Shown: piece after piece, positions 9,371 to 19,338 of the stretch
How the letters are laid out: each line of letters opens with the position of its first letter
Position numbering within the stretch: the stretch's first letter is position 1
DNA from: an uncultured Candidatus Poseidoniales archaeon
Lineage (GTDB): Archaea; Thermoplasmatota; Poseidoniia; Poseidoniales; Poseidoniaceae
Reading direction: 5' to 3'
Assembly (NCBI GenBank): GCA_963997415.1
Contig: CAXEMN010000004.1
Span: 2,969-66,968 of the forward strand
Length of the DNA stretch: 64,000 nt
Program-made: the position numbers and the translations under genes
The notes under the pieces: model-generated
Databases searched by the model: none
Told to the model about the DNA's origin: nothing
Seen by the model: the letters and a program-made list of their open reading frames with translations, nothing else

Positions 9371-12022
9371 ATGGCAAAACGGGGGATGATGGACCAATTC
9401 ACTGACATAAAACTCGAGCATCCGGATTCAGTTTTATTTTTCCGAATGGGCGACTTCTATGAATTGTTTCATGAGGATGCCGTGACTGGTTCTGATGTTC
9501 TTGGTTTAGCTCTCACCTCTCGAGATAAAAAAGCAGACCAGCCAATCAAGATGGCAGGCTTTCCGTGGCATGCTTTGGAAGACAATATTCGCACCATGCT
9601 CAAAGCAGGACACAAGGTCACTGTTGCTGAACAAGAACAGGAACTACGGGAAGGTGCGAAGTTGCTTGAGCGGGTCGTAACACGCGTCTACACCCCTGGA
9701 AGTTTGTATGAAGAATCCTTACTAGGAACTGAAGAAAGATCCTTGCTCGCAAGTATCTGTTTGGACAAAAACGCCATTGGGATTGGCATTATCGATGCCT
9801 CGACCGGCCAAGCTTGGGCTTCAAATTTAGAAGGCGATGACCGGTTTTCAAGAGCACTTGATGAGGTCCTTCGATGGCGTCCGACAGAAGTTGTTGTGTC
9901 GCCAAAAGATGCCGAAGATGCCACATTACGAGCATTATTTACGCATCTCGACGGCGTGACAATCAGCCAGCATAAGGCTTCAAACGCCAAACGAAGAGAC
10001 CGCCTAACTAAGGTGCTCAAGGTCGCTGATCTTGGACATATTGACCTTGATGATGCACCACTGGCTCTTGCTGCGGCGGGACTGGCCGCAGACTACCTCG
10101 CTTCGATGCATCTCACAGAAGAAGTCCCGCTCAGAGATCTTGAAGTCATGGAAGAGAGCGCTCATTTGGTACTCGACCAAACTACATTACGGAACTTGGA
10201 ACTCACCTCAACGCTCGCAGGTGAGTACGAAGGAAGCCTGCTGTCAACCATGAACGCCTGCAGAAGTGCAATGGGACGTAGGCTTCTCAAAACATGGATT
10301 TTGAGACCGCTTGCCGACCTCGAAGCCATTGCAGCTCGTCACGATGCTGTAGCCAGCCTCTCTCGTTCTGCTCGGCGTTTGGATGGTTTACGTGAGGCTT
10401 TACGAGGCTTGAGAGATATGGAACGCTTGGCCACACAACTGGCATACAATCGTTCGAATGGTCGGGATTTACTTGCCGTCGCAGATGCACTCGAACGGAT
10501 GCCAGCCATCATCAACTTGTGCAATGAAACCGAAAACCCGTTGCTGCTCCATCTTTCTTCCAACCTCGATGCTCTAGATCAGCTCGCAGAAGACATTCGA
10601 AGGACCATCGTCGATGAGCCCCCACTCAGCGTACGGGACGGGGGTTTGCTTCGCACCGGATTTGACGACAAGGTCGACGAACTTAGAGAAATAGCCACCA
10701 ATGGCCATAATTGGTTTTCCGAACTTGAAGCAAGCCTCAGAATCAACTTGCAAATCCCTTCGTTGAAGGTCAAAATGAACCGACAAATTGGGTGGTTTAT
10801 TGAAGTGACAAAGGTGAATGAAGCAAAGGTCCCAGAAGACTGGAAGCGCAAACAGCAAATGACAAACGGTTCGAGGTACGTCACTGATGAACTGCTTCAA
10901 CGGGATGATGCATTGCTTACAGCAGATACAAAATTGAAGGAATTGGAATACAGAGCGTTCATTCAATTGAGAGAACTATGCAAACAGCACGCCCCAACAT
11001 TGGCACAAATTGCTGGGAAGGTTGCCGCTATTGATGTGTTGCAATGTTTCGGAACCATTGCACGGAATCGAGCATGGACACGCCCAGAAATGGCGCAACA
11101 CGACCAAATGAAGGTGCAAGGGGCACGGCATCCTGTGCTTGAACAACAATCTGGCTTTGTGCCAAATGATTTGGATCTTTCAAAGAAGCGGAAGTTTTTG
11201 CTTATCACAGGACCGAATATGGGTGGTAAGTCGACCTATTTACGGACCACTGCGTTGATGAGTATCCTGGCCCAAAGTGGTTCATTCGTTCCAGCCAGCA
11301 AGGCGAAAATAGGTCTTGTTGACCGGATATTCACACGAGTTGGAGCAAGCGATGACCTTCGAAGAGGCCGTTCAACCTTCATGATGGAGATGATCGAAGT
11401 CGCTCATATATTACGTCGGGCGACCTCAAATTCATTGGTTCTACTCGATGAAATTGGACGAGGCACCTCAACCTTCGACGGGTTGTCTATTGCTTGGTCG
11501 GTCACTGAAGACATATGCAAGCGGATCCAGGCAAGGACCCTTTTTGCAACGCATTACCATCAATTAATTGGCTTGGAAGGCGAGGTCGAAGGTCTTGTGA
11601 ACGTCCACGTTCAAGTGGCTCAAGCCAATGGTGAACTTCGATTCATGCACACGGTTGCAGATGGTCCTTGTGACGACTCTTATGGTGTCCAAGTGGCGGC
11701 TTTAGCAGGTCTTCCTCGTCCGGTGGTTGAACGAGCGACTGATTTGCTTGCTTTCTTAGAACGGCAAGCCCAGGGTGCGAAGGCTGGAGAATCGGGCACA
11801 CCAACCGCCCGAGACCACGGCCAAGCGAGTTTGATGGGCTACTTTGCTGCTGCTGCAATGAACAATAATCCAGCAAAAGAAACGCCACCCGGGCCCCCGC
11901 AATCCCACCTTGATGTCATTGAAAACATCGCAGGATTGGATGTCGATGAGATGACACCAAGACAAGCGCACGATGCACTGTATCAATTGAAGAAGTTACT
12001 TGGAAGTGAAAACAGTGAGTGA
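9371..12022 (+). CDS. mutS: DNA mismatch repair protein MutS (MutS1)
   Basis: FFRMGDFYELF mismatch-binding motif; ITGPNMGGKSTY; STFMMEM; LLDEIGRGTST; FATHYH; SYGVQVA. Confidence 0.97.
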   Translation: MAKRGMMDQFTDIKLEHPDSVLFFRMGDFYELFHEDAVTGSDVLGLALTSRDKKADQPIKMAGFPWHALEDNIRTMLKAGHKVTVAEQEQELREGAKLLERVVTRVYTPGSLYEESLLGTEERSLLASICLDKNAIGIGIIDASTGQAWASNLEGDDRFSRALDEVLRWRPTEVVVSPKDAEDATLRALFTHLDGVTISQHKASNAKRRDRLTKVLKVADLGHIDLDDAPLALAAAGLAADYLASMHLTEEVPLRDLEVMEESAHLVLDQTTLRNLELTSTLAGEYEGSLLSTMNACRSAMGRRLLKTWILRPLADLEAIAARHDAVASLSRSARRLDGLREALRGLRDMERLATQLAYNRSNGRDLLAVADALERMPAIINLCNETENPLLLHLSSNLDALDQLAEDIRRTIVDEPPLSVRDGGLLRTGFDDKVDELREIATNGHNWFSELEASLRINLQIPSLKVKMNRQIGWFIEVTKVNEAKVPEDWKRKQQMTNGSRYVTDELLQRDDALLTADTKLKELEYRAFIQLRELCKQHAPTLAQIAGKVAAIDVLQCFGTIARNRAWTRPEMAQHDQMKVQGARHPVLEQQSGFVPNDLDLSKKRKFLLITGPNMGGKSTYLRTTALMSILAQSGSFVPASKAKIGLVDRIFTRVGASDDLRRGRSTFMMEMIEVAHILRRATSNSLVLLDEIGRGTSTFDGLSIAWSVTEDICKRIQARTLFATHYHQLIGLEGEVEGLVNVHVQVAQANGELRFMHTVADGPCDDSYGVQVAALAGLPRPVVERATDLLAFLERQAQGAKAGESGTPTARDHGQASLMGYFAAAAMNNNPAKETPPGPPQSHLDVIENIAGLDVDEMTPRQAHDALYQLKKLLGSENSE

Positions 12023-14039
12023 ACCAAAGCGAATTATGCAACTCGATGAAGCGACCATCGGGCACATTGCTGCTGGTGAAGTGGTTGAACGGCCTGCACA
12101 AGTGGTGAAGGAATTGCTGGAAAATAGCCTTGATGCAGAGGCTCAAAAAATTGTCATCACTGTGGAAAGAGGTGGCTTTGATTTGATTCGAATTGAAGAT
12201 GATGGCAGTGGTATCGATGCTGACGACCTTCCATTAGCACTCGATCGTCACGCCACTTCAAAACTCAAAAAACGTGAAGACCTCAATTCAATTCACACGC
12301 TTGGCTTCAGGGGTGAGGCGTTAGCAAGCATCGGCATGGTGTCTGGACTTGGCATAGCAAGCCGACCTGTCGGTACAGAGGGAAAACGAATTGTGATGAA
12401 TGATGGAATCAAAGGCGGGATTGAACCCTTTGGAATGCCTCATGGCACGCGTATTGATGTCGAGCATTTGTTTCAAAATACCCCTGCTCGCTTAGCATTC
12501 CAACGACGACCAGCCACAGAAAATGCACGCATTGTTGACGTCGTTGTTGCTCATGCAATGGCGCACAAAGAAGTGGCTTTCAGACTCCTCATCGATGAAC
12601 GGGTCGTTCTCGATGTGCCAGCATCAGAAGCGATGACTGACCGTCTTTACGATCTGCTTGGGGGCCAAGCCCAATCCATGCTTGAACTCGATGCACCCGA
12701 AGCGGATGCAAAAGCCCCTGGTGAGGAAACATGGTCCGGCTGGATCAGCACCCCTGATATCACACGTGGCAAAGGTGATGATATTCACATCCTCATCAAT
12801 GATCGACCAGTTGCTTCAGGACCATTCTTGCAGGCCATTCGAAGAGGATACAGAACTCGGTTAATGCAAGGACGGCACCCGTTAGCAGTGCTTTCACTCA
12901 CACTGCCCCCAAATGAGGTCGATGTCAACGTTCACCCCACAAAAAGAGAAGTTCGTCTTCGTCATTCATGGCGGGTTCTCGAGCGATTAGAAAGGGCCAT
13001 TGCCCACACTTTGGAGTCGGTGCCGACCCAACCGGATGCCGCAGGGGGTATCCCCGGATTGCAAGGCTTGAGTCAACATCAGGCCCCAAGCATTCAGGAA
13101 CACTTCAAACCACAACCCAGTCAAACGTCGGATGAACCAATCGATCCGATTGCCGCAGCTGCCGGTACAACACCTGTTCTTCTGCCAAAACAGCAAGTGG
13201 CGCAACAGACGCCTCCTGCATGGGCGATTGCTGCAGGAGCCCAGTTGAACCTCCATGGCGGAGAAGCTGAACCGATCACCAAACCCGCTAAGCAGCGACC
13301 TCAATCGACTGCTCCTTCGGCACAGAATACCTTACCTGGAATGGATGAAAAACCAACTGCTCCTGCTTTATCACCAGCGGAAAGGGACCTGCACAGACAT
13401 TCTGGAAAAGGCGTGCGAACATCGCCAAACGATGAATCGCCACTTGGCGACATCATCAACGAATTACCTAAGATGGAGCCATTGGCCCAATTTGCAGATT
13501 CATACATCCTTGTTCAGGCCGAGGATGAATTGTTATTGATCGATCAGCATGCACTCCATGAACGAATTCGCTACGAGCGATTAAGGAATGATGAATCAAT
13601 TTGGGCAAGCCAAACACGACTTGAACCGCTCACATTGGACCTTGATGCGCGACAGAGCACGCGTATGGAAGCCGCACAGGATCGATTCAGATCTGTAGGT
13701 TTCGAACTCCAAAATTCGAATCAGGGATGGTCGGTCACGGCAACGCCACAATTGCTTGTCGGAAAAGAGGTCATCCCATTCATGCTTGATCTCCTTCAGG
13801 ACACCTCAGAGGATGGCGCACCATTGACCACTGTGGACGATCGTAAAGACCACCTCGCGTTTTTGAACGCATGCCGTGGCGCTGTGAAAGCAAACGAGAA
13901 ACTTACTCTGCCTGAAATGAGGCGCTTGCTGGATGATATGCGCCGCATCCCAAACCCATGGGCATGTGTTCATGGCCGACCTACCGCACTCAGACTTCCG
14001 CTTGACGCACTTGACCACCATTTCGGACGGCACGGCTAA
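12015..14039 (+). CDS. mutL: DNA mismatch repair protein MutL, endonuclease type
   Basis: IAAGEVVERPAQVVKELLENSLDA; TLGFRGEALASI; DVNVHPTKREV; DQHALHERIRYE; ACR; CVHGRP. GTG start overlaps the mutS stop. Confidence 0.96.
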   Translation: MSEPKRIMQLDEATIGHIAAGEVVERPAQVVKELLENSLDAEAQKIVITVERGGFDLIRIEDDGSGIDADDLPLALDRHATSKLKKREDLNSIHTLGFRGEALASIGMVSGLGIASRPVGTEGKRIVMNDGIKGGIEPFGMPHGTRIDVEHLFQNTPARLAFQRRPATENARIVDVVVAHAMAHKEVAFRLLIDERVVLDVPASEAMTDRLYDLLGGQAQSMLELDAPEADAKAPGEETWSGWISTPDITRGKGDDIHILINDRPVASGPFLQAIRRGYRTRLMQGRHPLAVLSLTLPPNEVDVNVHPTKREVRLRHSWRVLERLERAIAHTLESVPTQPDAAGGIPGLQGLSQHQAPSIQEHFKPQPSQTSDEPIDPIAAAAGTTPVLLPKQQVAQQTPPAWAIAAGAQLNLHGGEAEPITKPAKQRPQSTAPSAQNTLPGMDEKPTAPALSPAERDLHRHSGKGVRTSPNDESPLGDIINELPKMEPLAQFADSYILVQAEDELLLIDQHALHERIRYERLRNDESIWASQTRLEPLTLDLDARQSTRMEAAQDRFRSVGFELQNSNQGWSVTATPQLLVGKEVIPFMLDLLQDTSEDGAPLTTVDDRKDHLAFLNACRGAVKANEKLTLPEMRRLLDDMRRIPNPWACVHGRPTALRLPLDALDHHFGRHG

Positions 14040-15469
14040 TCTTCAATCGGTGGCATTGTGATCTGCTCGACGCCAACACCCGAAGCAATCAATCGATCGA
14101 TAAATGGCTCATCAGCAACCATGTGCAAGGACTGTCCAACGACGTCACCACCGCAAGCAGAAGCCAAGAGGACTGCTGTCATGAACAAACGATGATCGCC
14201 GTAGGTTTCGACTGGTTTGTCTGGCCTTTGCGGGCGTTGTCCCCCTTGAATGGTCAAGCCATCACTGTTGACTTCCGCTGTCATTCCGAATTGGGCAAGC
14301 ACATCTGCAGTTCTTTGGAGTCGATTGCTTTCTTTGAACGCCGCATGTGCTGCGCCTTTGAGCCTACCACCTTTGTTGAGGCCCAGAATGGCGGCGAGTG
14401 GAGGCAGCAAATCGTTCGCATCCTTGAGATCGAGCTCGACTGGTTTGTTCGCTTCAATTCTGGACAATGTAGATTGATTCCAATTGACCCCGAGTGATGG
14501 TGCATGTTCTTGCAAGATCTCGTGACCAATGGCATCTTTTTGGGTAGGCCAGCCAATCAAATCAATATCTCTGTTTGAGACCGTACAAGCCAACATTGCG
14601 AAGGCGGCCATTGATGCATCGCCTGGAACTGTGTATTCATTCAATCCTTTCAGTGGTGAAGGTGTGATGACAAGTTGGTTCTCTTCCATTGATGCATCGC
14701 CCCCAAACATGCTCAGCATCTGAAGGCTGAGTGCAGAATGGCGAGAGGACACTTGAGTGCCCTCTAGCGTAATTTCGGTTTGGCAAGGTACGGTTGGTGC
14801 CGCAAGAATCCATGAGGATACTGGTTGGCTCGAACGGCTGACATCAAGCGCCAATCCTGCTTCGAGCTGAGTGGGATTCATTGGACCATCAATGAGTGCG
14901 GGAAGACGTTCTTCGCCCATACCAATGGACAAGGTAGCACCCGATTGCTCGATGGTCGCCCAGAGTTCACTTGATGAACGCTTTCGAAGAGAGCCATCGC
15001 CATCCAGCATAACTGGGCCGCCAATCATCGCCGCATGTGGGGCAAGAAGACGCAATGTGGTGCCTGAATTTCCTGCATTGAGAACGCTCGCTGGACGTTT
15101 GAAACCAGAGTCACCAACGCCGTGAACAATCCATTTCACTGAATCAGGATGATGTTCAAAGTGAACTGGATTCACCTGATGCAGAAGTTCTCCTTCTTGA
15201 TCAACATCTTCGATGTGCACGCCAAGTTGTTGTAAGCATCGACGCATGGCTCGCGCATCTTCTCCCGCACAACCAACATTGTGTAACTCGACTGATTCTA
15301 ACGATTGAGACGCCAGAAGAAGGGCACGGATCAGATGGCTTTTCGATGGAGGGAGAGACCATTGAACCGGTTCGGTTGAACTGGGAGGCGTGACCCTTAA
15401 TGCATGAACATCGTTTCTGCGATGGCCCTTGCCGCTTGAGGTCCAGCGCTTTGCCCAACGCTTGCCCAT
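14036..15469 (-). CDS. aroA: 3-phosphoshikimate 1-carboxyvinyltransferase (EPSP synthase)
   Basis: LPPSKSHLIRA; NAGNSGTTLR; SSQ; KESNRL; YGDHRL. The ORF-track extension to 15844 is antisense to moaA. Confidence 0.9.
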   Translation of the reverse strand: MGKRWAKRWTSSGKGHRRNDVHALRVTPPSSTEPVQWSLPPSKSHLIRALLLASQSLESVELHNVGCAGEDARAMRRCLQQLGVHIEDVDQEGELLHQVNPVHFEHHPDSVKWIVHGVGDSGFKRPASVLNAGNSGTTLRLLAPHAAMIGGPVMLDGDGSLRKRSSSELWATIEQSGATLSIGMGEERLPALIDGPMNPTQLEAGLALDVSRSSQPVSSWILAAPTVPCQTEITLEGTQVSSRHSALSLQMLSMFGGDASMEENQLVITPSPLKGLNEYTVPGDASMAAFAMLACTVSNRDIDLIGWPTQKDAIGHEILQEHAPSLGVNWNQSTLSRIEANKPVELDLKDANDLLPPLAAILGLNKGGRLKGAAHAAFKESNRLQRTADVLAQFGMTAEVNSDGLTIQGGQRPQRPDKPVETYGDHRLFMTAVLLASACGGDVVGQSLHMVADEPFIDRLIASGVGVEQITMPPIED

Positions 15470-15542
15470 GATGTGGCCACAGTCCCTTTCCCCATCAACC
15501 CTTGCAACACAGCATAAAGACCGACGAGCCATAGCCTGCCAC

Positions 15543-16547
15543 ATGGCCCTTCTCGATGCGTTGATGCGTCCGCTGTTGGACCTGCGCATTTCTGTCACCG
15601 ACCGATGCAATTTCCGTTGTAGGTATTGCATGCCCAGAGAACATTTTGGCAGTGAGCATGTCTTCCTCGAGAAGACTGAAATTCTTTCATATGAAGAAAT
15701 CACAAAGGTTGCATCTGCAATGCTCCCCCTTGGCCTGCGTAAACTACGAATCACAGGCGGTGAACCGCTTGTTCGCAAAGATCTTTCCAACTTGATTGAA
15801 ATGCTGCGCAGCCTCGATTCAAACCTTGATATCGCCCTCACCACGAACGGTATACTTCTTGCAAAGCATGCTCAAAAACTGAAAGATTCCGGCCTAAATC
15901 GAGTCACAATAAGCCTCGATGCCTTGGATACTGAAGTCTTTCAGCACATGGGTGACACAGCACACAGGCCAGATGAAGTTGTGGAAGGCATTGATGCTGC
16001 CCTCAAAGCAGGTTTGGGTGTGAAAATTAATACTGTTGTTCAGCGAAATGTAAATGAAAACCAACTTGGTAAAATTGCCCTGATGGCGCATAAGCGCCAG
16101 ATTATTCCTCGCTTCATTGAGTTCATGGATGTTGGAACTACGAATCAATGGAACCTGGAATCTGTGGTTTCTGGAGAACAAATAAGAAAAATCCTAAGCG
16201 AATCAATCGGCCCACTCACACCAGTATCATCTGACCATCCCTCGGATGTGGCGAAACGCTGGAAGACCGACGATGGAGATCATATTGGCCTTATTCAGTC
16301 GGTGACAGCGCCTTTTTGCGGCGATTGTTCACGAGCGAGACTTTCGGCAAATGGTTCGATGTACACGTGCCTCTTTGCTACACAAGGCAATGATCTACGA
16401 TCTTTGATTCGCATGGGTGCGAATAAGTTCGACCTCCAAGAAGCTGTGAGCACCATCTGGTCAAAGCGCAACGATCGATATTCTGAGGGACGAACACAAA
16501 TCACTCAATCTTCGAGAAAGGTGGAAATGTCGTTCATCGGCGGATGA
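15543..16547 (+). CDS. moaA: GTP 3',8-cyclase MoaA (radical SAM)
   Basis: LRISVTDRCNFRCRYC; RITGGEPL; FCGDCSRARL...C; C-terminal MSFIGG. Confidence 0.96.
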   Translation: MALLDALMRPLLDLRISVTDRCNFRCRYCMPREHFGSEHVFLEKTEILSYEEITKVASAMLPLGLRKLRITGGEPLVRKDLSNLIEMLRSLDSNLDIALTTNGILLAKHAQKLKDSGLNRVTISLDALDTEVFQHMGDTAHRPDEVVEGIDAALKAGLGVKINTVVQRNVNENQLGKIALMAHKRQIIPRFIEFMDVGTTNQWNLESVVSGEQIRKILSESIGPLTPVSSDHPSDVAKRWKTDDGDHIGLIQSVTAPFCGDCSRARLSANGSMYTCLFATQGNDLRSLIRMGANKFDLQEAVSTIWSKRNDRYSEGRTQITQSSRKVEMSFIGG

Positions 16548-17045
16548 TTAAACATCCATCGGTGGCAACATCACATTGACCAAGACGCTTTGCGAGTTAG
16601 TATCAACTAACTTGAATCGCCATGTCCCCGAATCCGAACCTATCGTTGTCGAGTCGATGACAAAATAATCACCTTGACTCACCGAATAACCAGCATCTCG
16701 ATCGTGGAATGAAACATTGGCACCTATCAATCCATAGACGTCGGCGTCAGCAACCTTTCCTCCTAACGGATTACCATCTTCTGAGGAATCTGGTGCGAGG
16801 TTCCATTGGAGTTTAGCAGGATCAATGGTTTGGTCGAGGCTTGTTAAACGGACCACATGAAAGCCGTTTGACAACCCACGTACGCTCACTGTGGCTTGTG
16901 GGGCGCTTTTTTCTGTCGTTGTGAGGGCGCCTTGCATCAGTACAAACACCATACTGGATAGCATCACCGTGATGGCAAGCAGCAATACAGTAGCGATGAC
17001 GGGGCTCACGGCCTCGTCATTTCCCGCCCTCCGCATGCTGCGCAT
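16548..17045 (-). CDS. Archaeal type IV pilin (class III signal peptide)
   Basis: MRSMRRAGNDEA|VSPVIATVLLLAITVMLSS: short charged leader, prepilin peptidase site, then the 'VSPVIA' hydrophobic helix. Confidence 0.88.
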   Translation of the reverse strand: MRSMRRAGNDEAVSPVIATVLLLAITVMLSSMVFVLMQGALTTTEKSAPQATVSVRGLSNGFHVVRLTSLDQTIDPAKLQWNLAPDSSEDGNPLGGKVADADVYGLIGANVSFHDRDAGYSVSQGDYFVIDSTTIGSDSGTWRFKLVDTNSQSVLVNVMLPPMDV

Positions 17046-17120
17046 GATTCCACTGTGTCAACGATGGGACTTGAATCAACCGATGGCAAGAGAGCGATTT
17101 GAAGGGTTTTCAAATCGTTT

Positions 17121-18272
17121 TTAGAAGAGCCAAACTGGTTTGTCGCATTCCATGGCTCGCTTGATGCCACCGATGGGACCAAGGATCCTCAGAATTCCCT
17201 CGGTCATCAAATCGCCTTTGAAGAATGCATAACCCATGTTTTTGGTGCGCAGTGAATTTTTCAGCGCACGACCAAGAGAAGCTCGAAGACGGTCTTCATA
17301 GGCTGTGAGAGGTGCTCCTGTGTCCAGATGATCGAGGATTGCCTCTGCTGCAAAACAACCTGAGATGATCGCTTGTGAGATACCACCGCCATTGCTCGGC
17401 ATCACAAGACCTGCAGCATCACCCACTGCAAGGGTGGTCCCGTCCACCATGGTTTTCACAGGACCGCCCATTGGAATCCAACCGCCTCCCCATGAAAGCA
17501 CTTCAAATCCAAGTTCATCGCAAAATGCTTGCAAGTGTTCTTTCAAATTGCCTTTGAGGTATCCAGCACGAACACCAAGCCCGACGTTCGCAGTGTTAGG
17601 TCCCTTTGGAATGATCCATGCATAACCGGACGGGGCGACTGAGCCCAAGAACACATCAAAGGTTTCAGGGACATCTCCTTGAACTTGAGCGTACATTGTA
17701 GGAACTTGGTCTTTAGGTCTATAGCGTTCATCATCGCCATGCCGAAGTCGTCCCACATGGGCCAAAGAGCCACTCGCATCAATCAAAAAGTCGAATGTGT
17801 ATCTGCCTTTTGTGGTTACTAAGACGTCCCTATTCGATTTCCGTTGGTGTTGAATTCGAGTCATCGCTTCATCCATTTGAATGTCTGCACCGGCATGAAT
17901 GGCTTTGTCACAGAGATAGCCGTCAAAGTGTAAACGATGGCCAGCGAAGGCATCAAGTTCGAAATGGTAGGCCTTTCCAGATGGAAGGAATACCCTCATA
18001 TTATCGAGGTTGTGAAGTTTTAGACGATCGGGGAATTGAAAATAATCATACAGCCAAGTATGATCGTCAAGATTGGAAAAGGTGCCAACAACCTCACCCC
18101 AGTTTGGAATGCACTCTCCGCATTGAGCAGGGTTGCCAACAATTGAGCGTCGTTCAATCATCAGTACATCGATGCCATCTTCTGCAAGGCGTTGGGCGCA
18201 AGCAGCGCCTGCAGGACCTGCACCAATGATGATGACTTGCCTGTGTTTGATTTCTTTTCGTGCCATTGACAT
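17121..18272 (-). CDS. Geranylgeranyl reductase family FAD oxidoreductase
   Basis: IIGAGPAG; CGE; PSGYAWIIPKG...NVGLG; VGDAAG...P..GGGI. Confidence 0.9.
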   Translation of the reverse strand: MSMARKEIKHRQVIIIGAGPAGAACAQRLAEDGIDVLMIERRSIVGNPAQCGECIPNWGEVVGTFSNLDDHTWLYDYFQFPDRLKLHNLDNMRVFLPSGKAYHFELDAFAGHRLHFDGYLCDKAIHAGADIQMDEAMTRIQHQRKSNRDVLVTTKGRYTFDFLIDASGSLAHVGRLRHGDDERYRPKDQVPTMYAQVQGDVPETFDVFLGSVAPSGYAWIIPKGPNTANVGLGVRAGYLKGNLKEHLQAFCDELGFEVLSWGGGWIPMGGPVKTMVDGTTLAVGDAAGLVMPSNGGGISQAIISGCFAAEAILDHLDTGAPLTAYEDRLRASLGRALKNSLRTKNMGYAFFKGDLMTEGILRILGPIGGIKRAMECDKPVWLF

Positions 18273-18275
18273 CCC

Positions 18276-19259
18276 TCACACATGTCGTTGCATCACATAA
18301 TCGGTGATGTGAAGCATCAAGCTCTTTGCTTGGCTCTCAGGAAAGGCATCGAGTTCTAAGACGGCGCGCTCGAGATGGGTTTTGACAAGAATCTCAGCGT
18401 AGGTTAAACTGCTTGAGCGATCAAGTAATTGCATGAGTTCTTCGAAGTGTTTGTCACTAAACGATTCAATCAATTGTGCTAATCGTTGGCGTTCTTTTCC
18501 ATGCGAGAGGGTCAACGCATGAATCAAGGGCAACGTCATTTTCCCCTCTAGAACATCCGCACCACGCGGTTTACCCATGCGCTCATCACCCCGAAGATCG
18601 AGAAGATCGTCGACCAGTTGGAAGGCAATGCCGAGTTCCATTCCGAAGCGACCAAGCCCTGCCGCTTGCTGCTCTGTTAAACCAGCAACAAGACCTGCAG
18701 CATGACACCCTGCAGCAAATGGACCTGCTGTCTTTCCACGGACAATGGAGAGGTAATCTTCAGGCGAGGTAGCAAGATTGAGAACGTGATCAAGCTGATG
18801 GAATTCTGCAACTGCTATGTCAGCACAACATTTCGCCATCAAGCGTACAATGTTCTCGTCATAGCGGCCTCCAAGGCCAAAACCTTGGACAAAGAGCCAG
18901 TCGCCGGCGATGACCGCCTTGGCGAGGCCTGCCCTGGTGTGAATGGTTTCAACACCACGTCGAAGTGACGCCTCATCATTGATATCATCGTGAACAAGGG
19001 TTGCCGTGTGGATCATTTCGAAAGCGAGGGCAAGTGGCATGACTTCCTCAACATCTTCACCACCTGCAATTTCATGCGCAAGCAGAATCAGCAGAGGACG
19101 CAGGCGTTTTCCACCTGCAAGTAACATCGAAGCGCAGAGCTCTGCGACTTGCCCTGCGCCGTTTTGAATTTCGTCATCAACAAGCGCTTCGAGTGCGGCG
19201 TCTACGTGCAGACGCATGACCTCCAACTGGTCGCTCGCTTCCAAACCAATGCTCGCCAC
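18276..19259 (-). CDS. Trans-polyprenyl diphosphate synthase
   Basis: GGKRLRP; HTATLVHDDIND...RRG (FARM); KTA; FQLVDDLLD (SARM); GK..GAD..EGKMT. GTG start chosen for its GGAG SD; ATG 19217 is the alternative. Confidence 0.92.
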   Translation of the reverse strand: MASIGLEASDQLEVMRLHVDAALEALVDDEIQNGAGQVAELCASMLLAGGKRLRPLLILLAHEIAGGEDVEEVMPLALAFEMIHTATLVHDDINDEASLRRGVETIHTRAGLAKAVIAGDWLFVQGFGLGGRYDENIVRLMAKCCADIAVAEFHQLDHVLNLATSPEDYLSIVRGKTAGPFAAGCHAAGLVAGLTEQQAAGLGRFGMELGIAFQLVDDLLDLRGDERMGKPRGADVLEGKMTLPLIHALTLSHGKERQRLAQLIESFSDKHFEELMQLLDRSSSLTYAEILVKTHLERAVLELDAFPESQAKSLMLHITDYVMQRHV

Positions 19260-19338
19260 GAAGGCTCCTACAACGGTGCCCTTCTTAACCGGTAGTCTCC
19301 GCCCTTGTAATGTGAGGAGCAATCCTCGCCGAGGTGAG

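Noticed and set aside
15429..15844. Apparent aroA/moaA head-to-head overlap
   Set aside because: An artefact of longest-ORF calling; motif-bearing regions start near 15469 and 15543.
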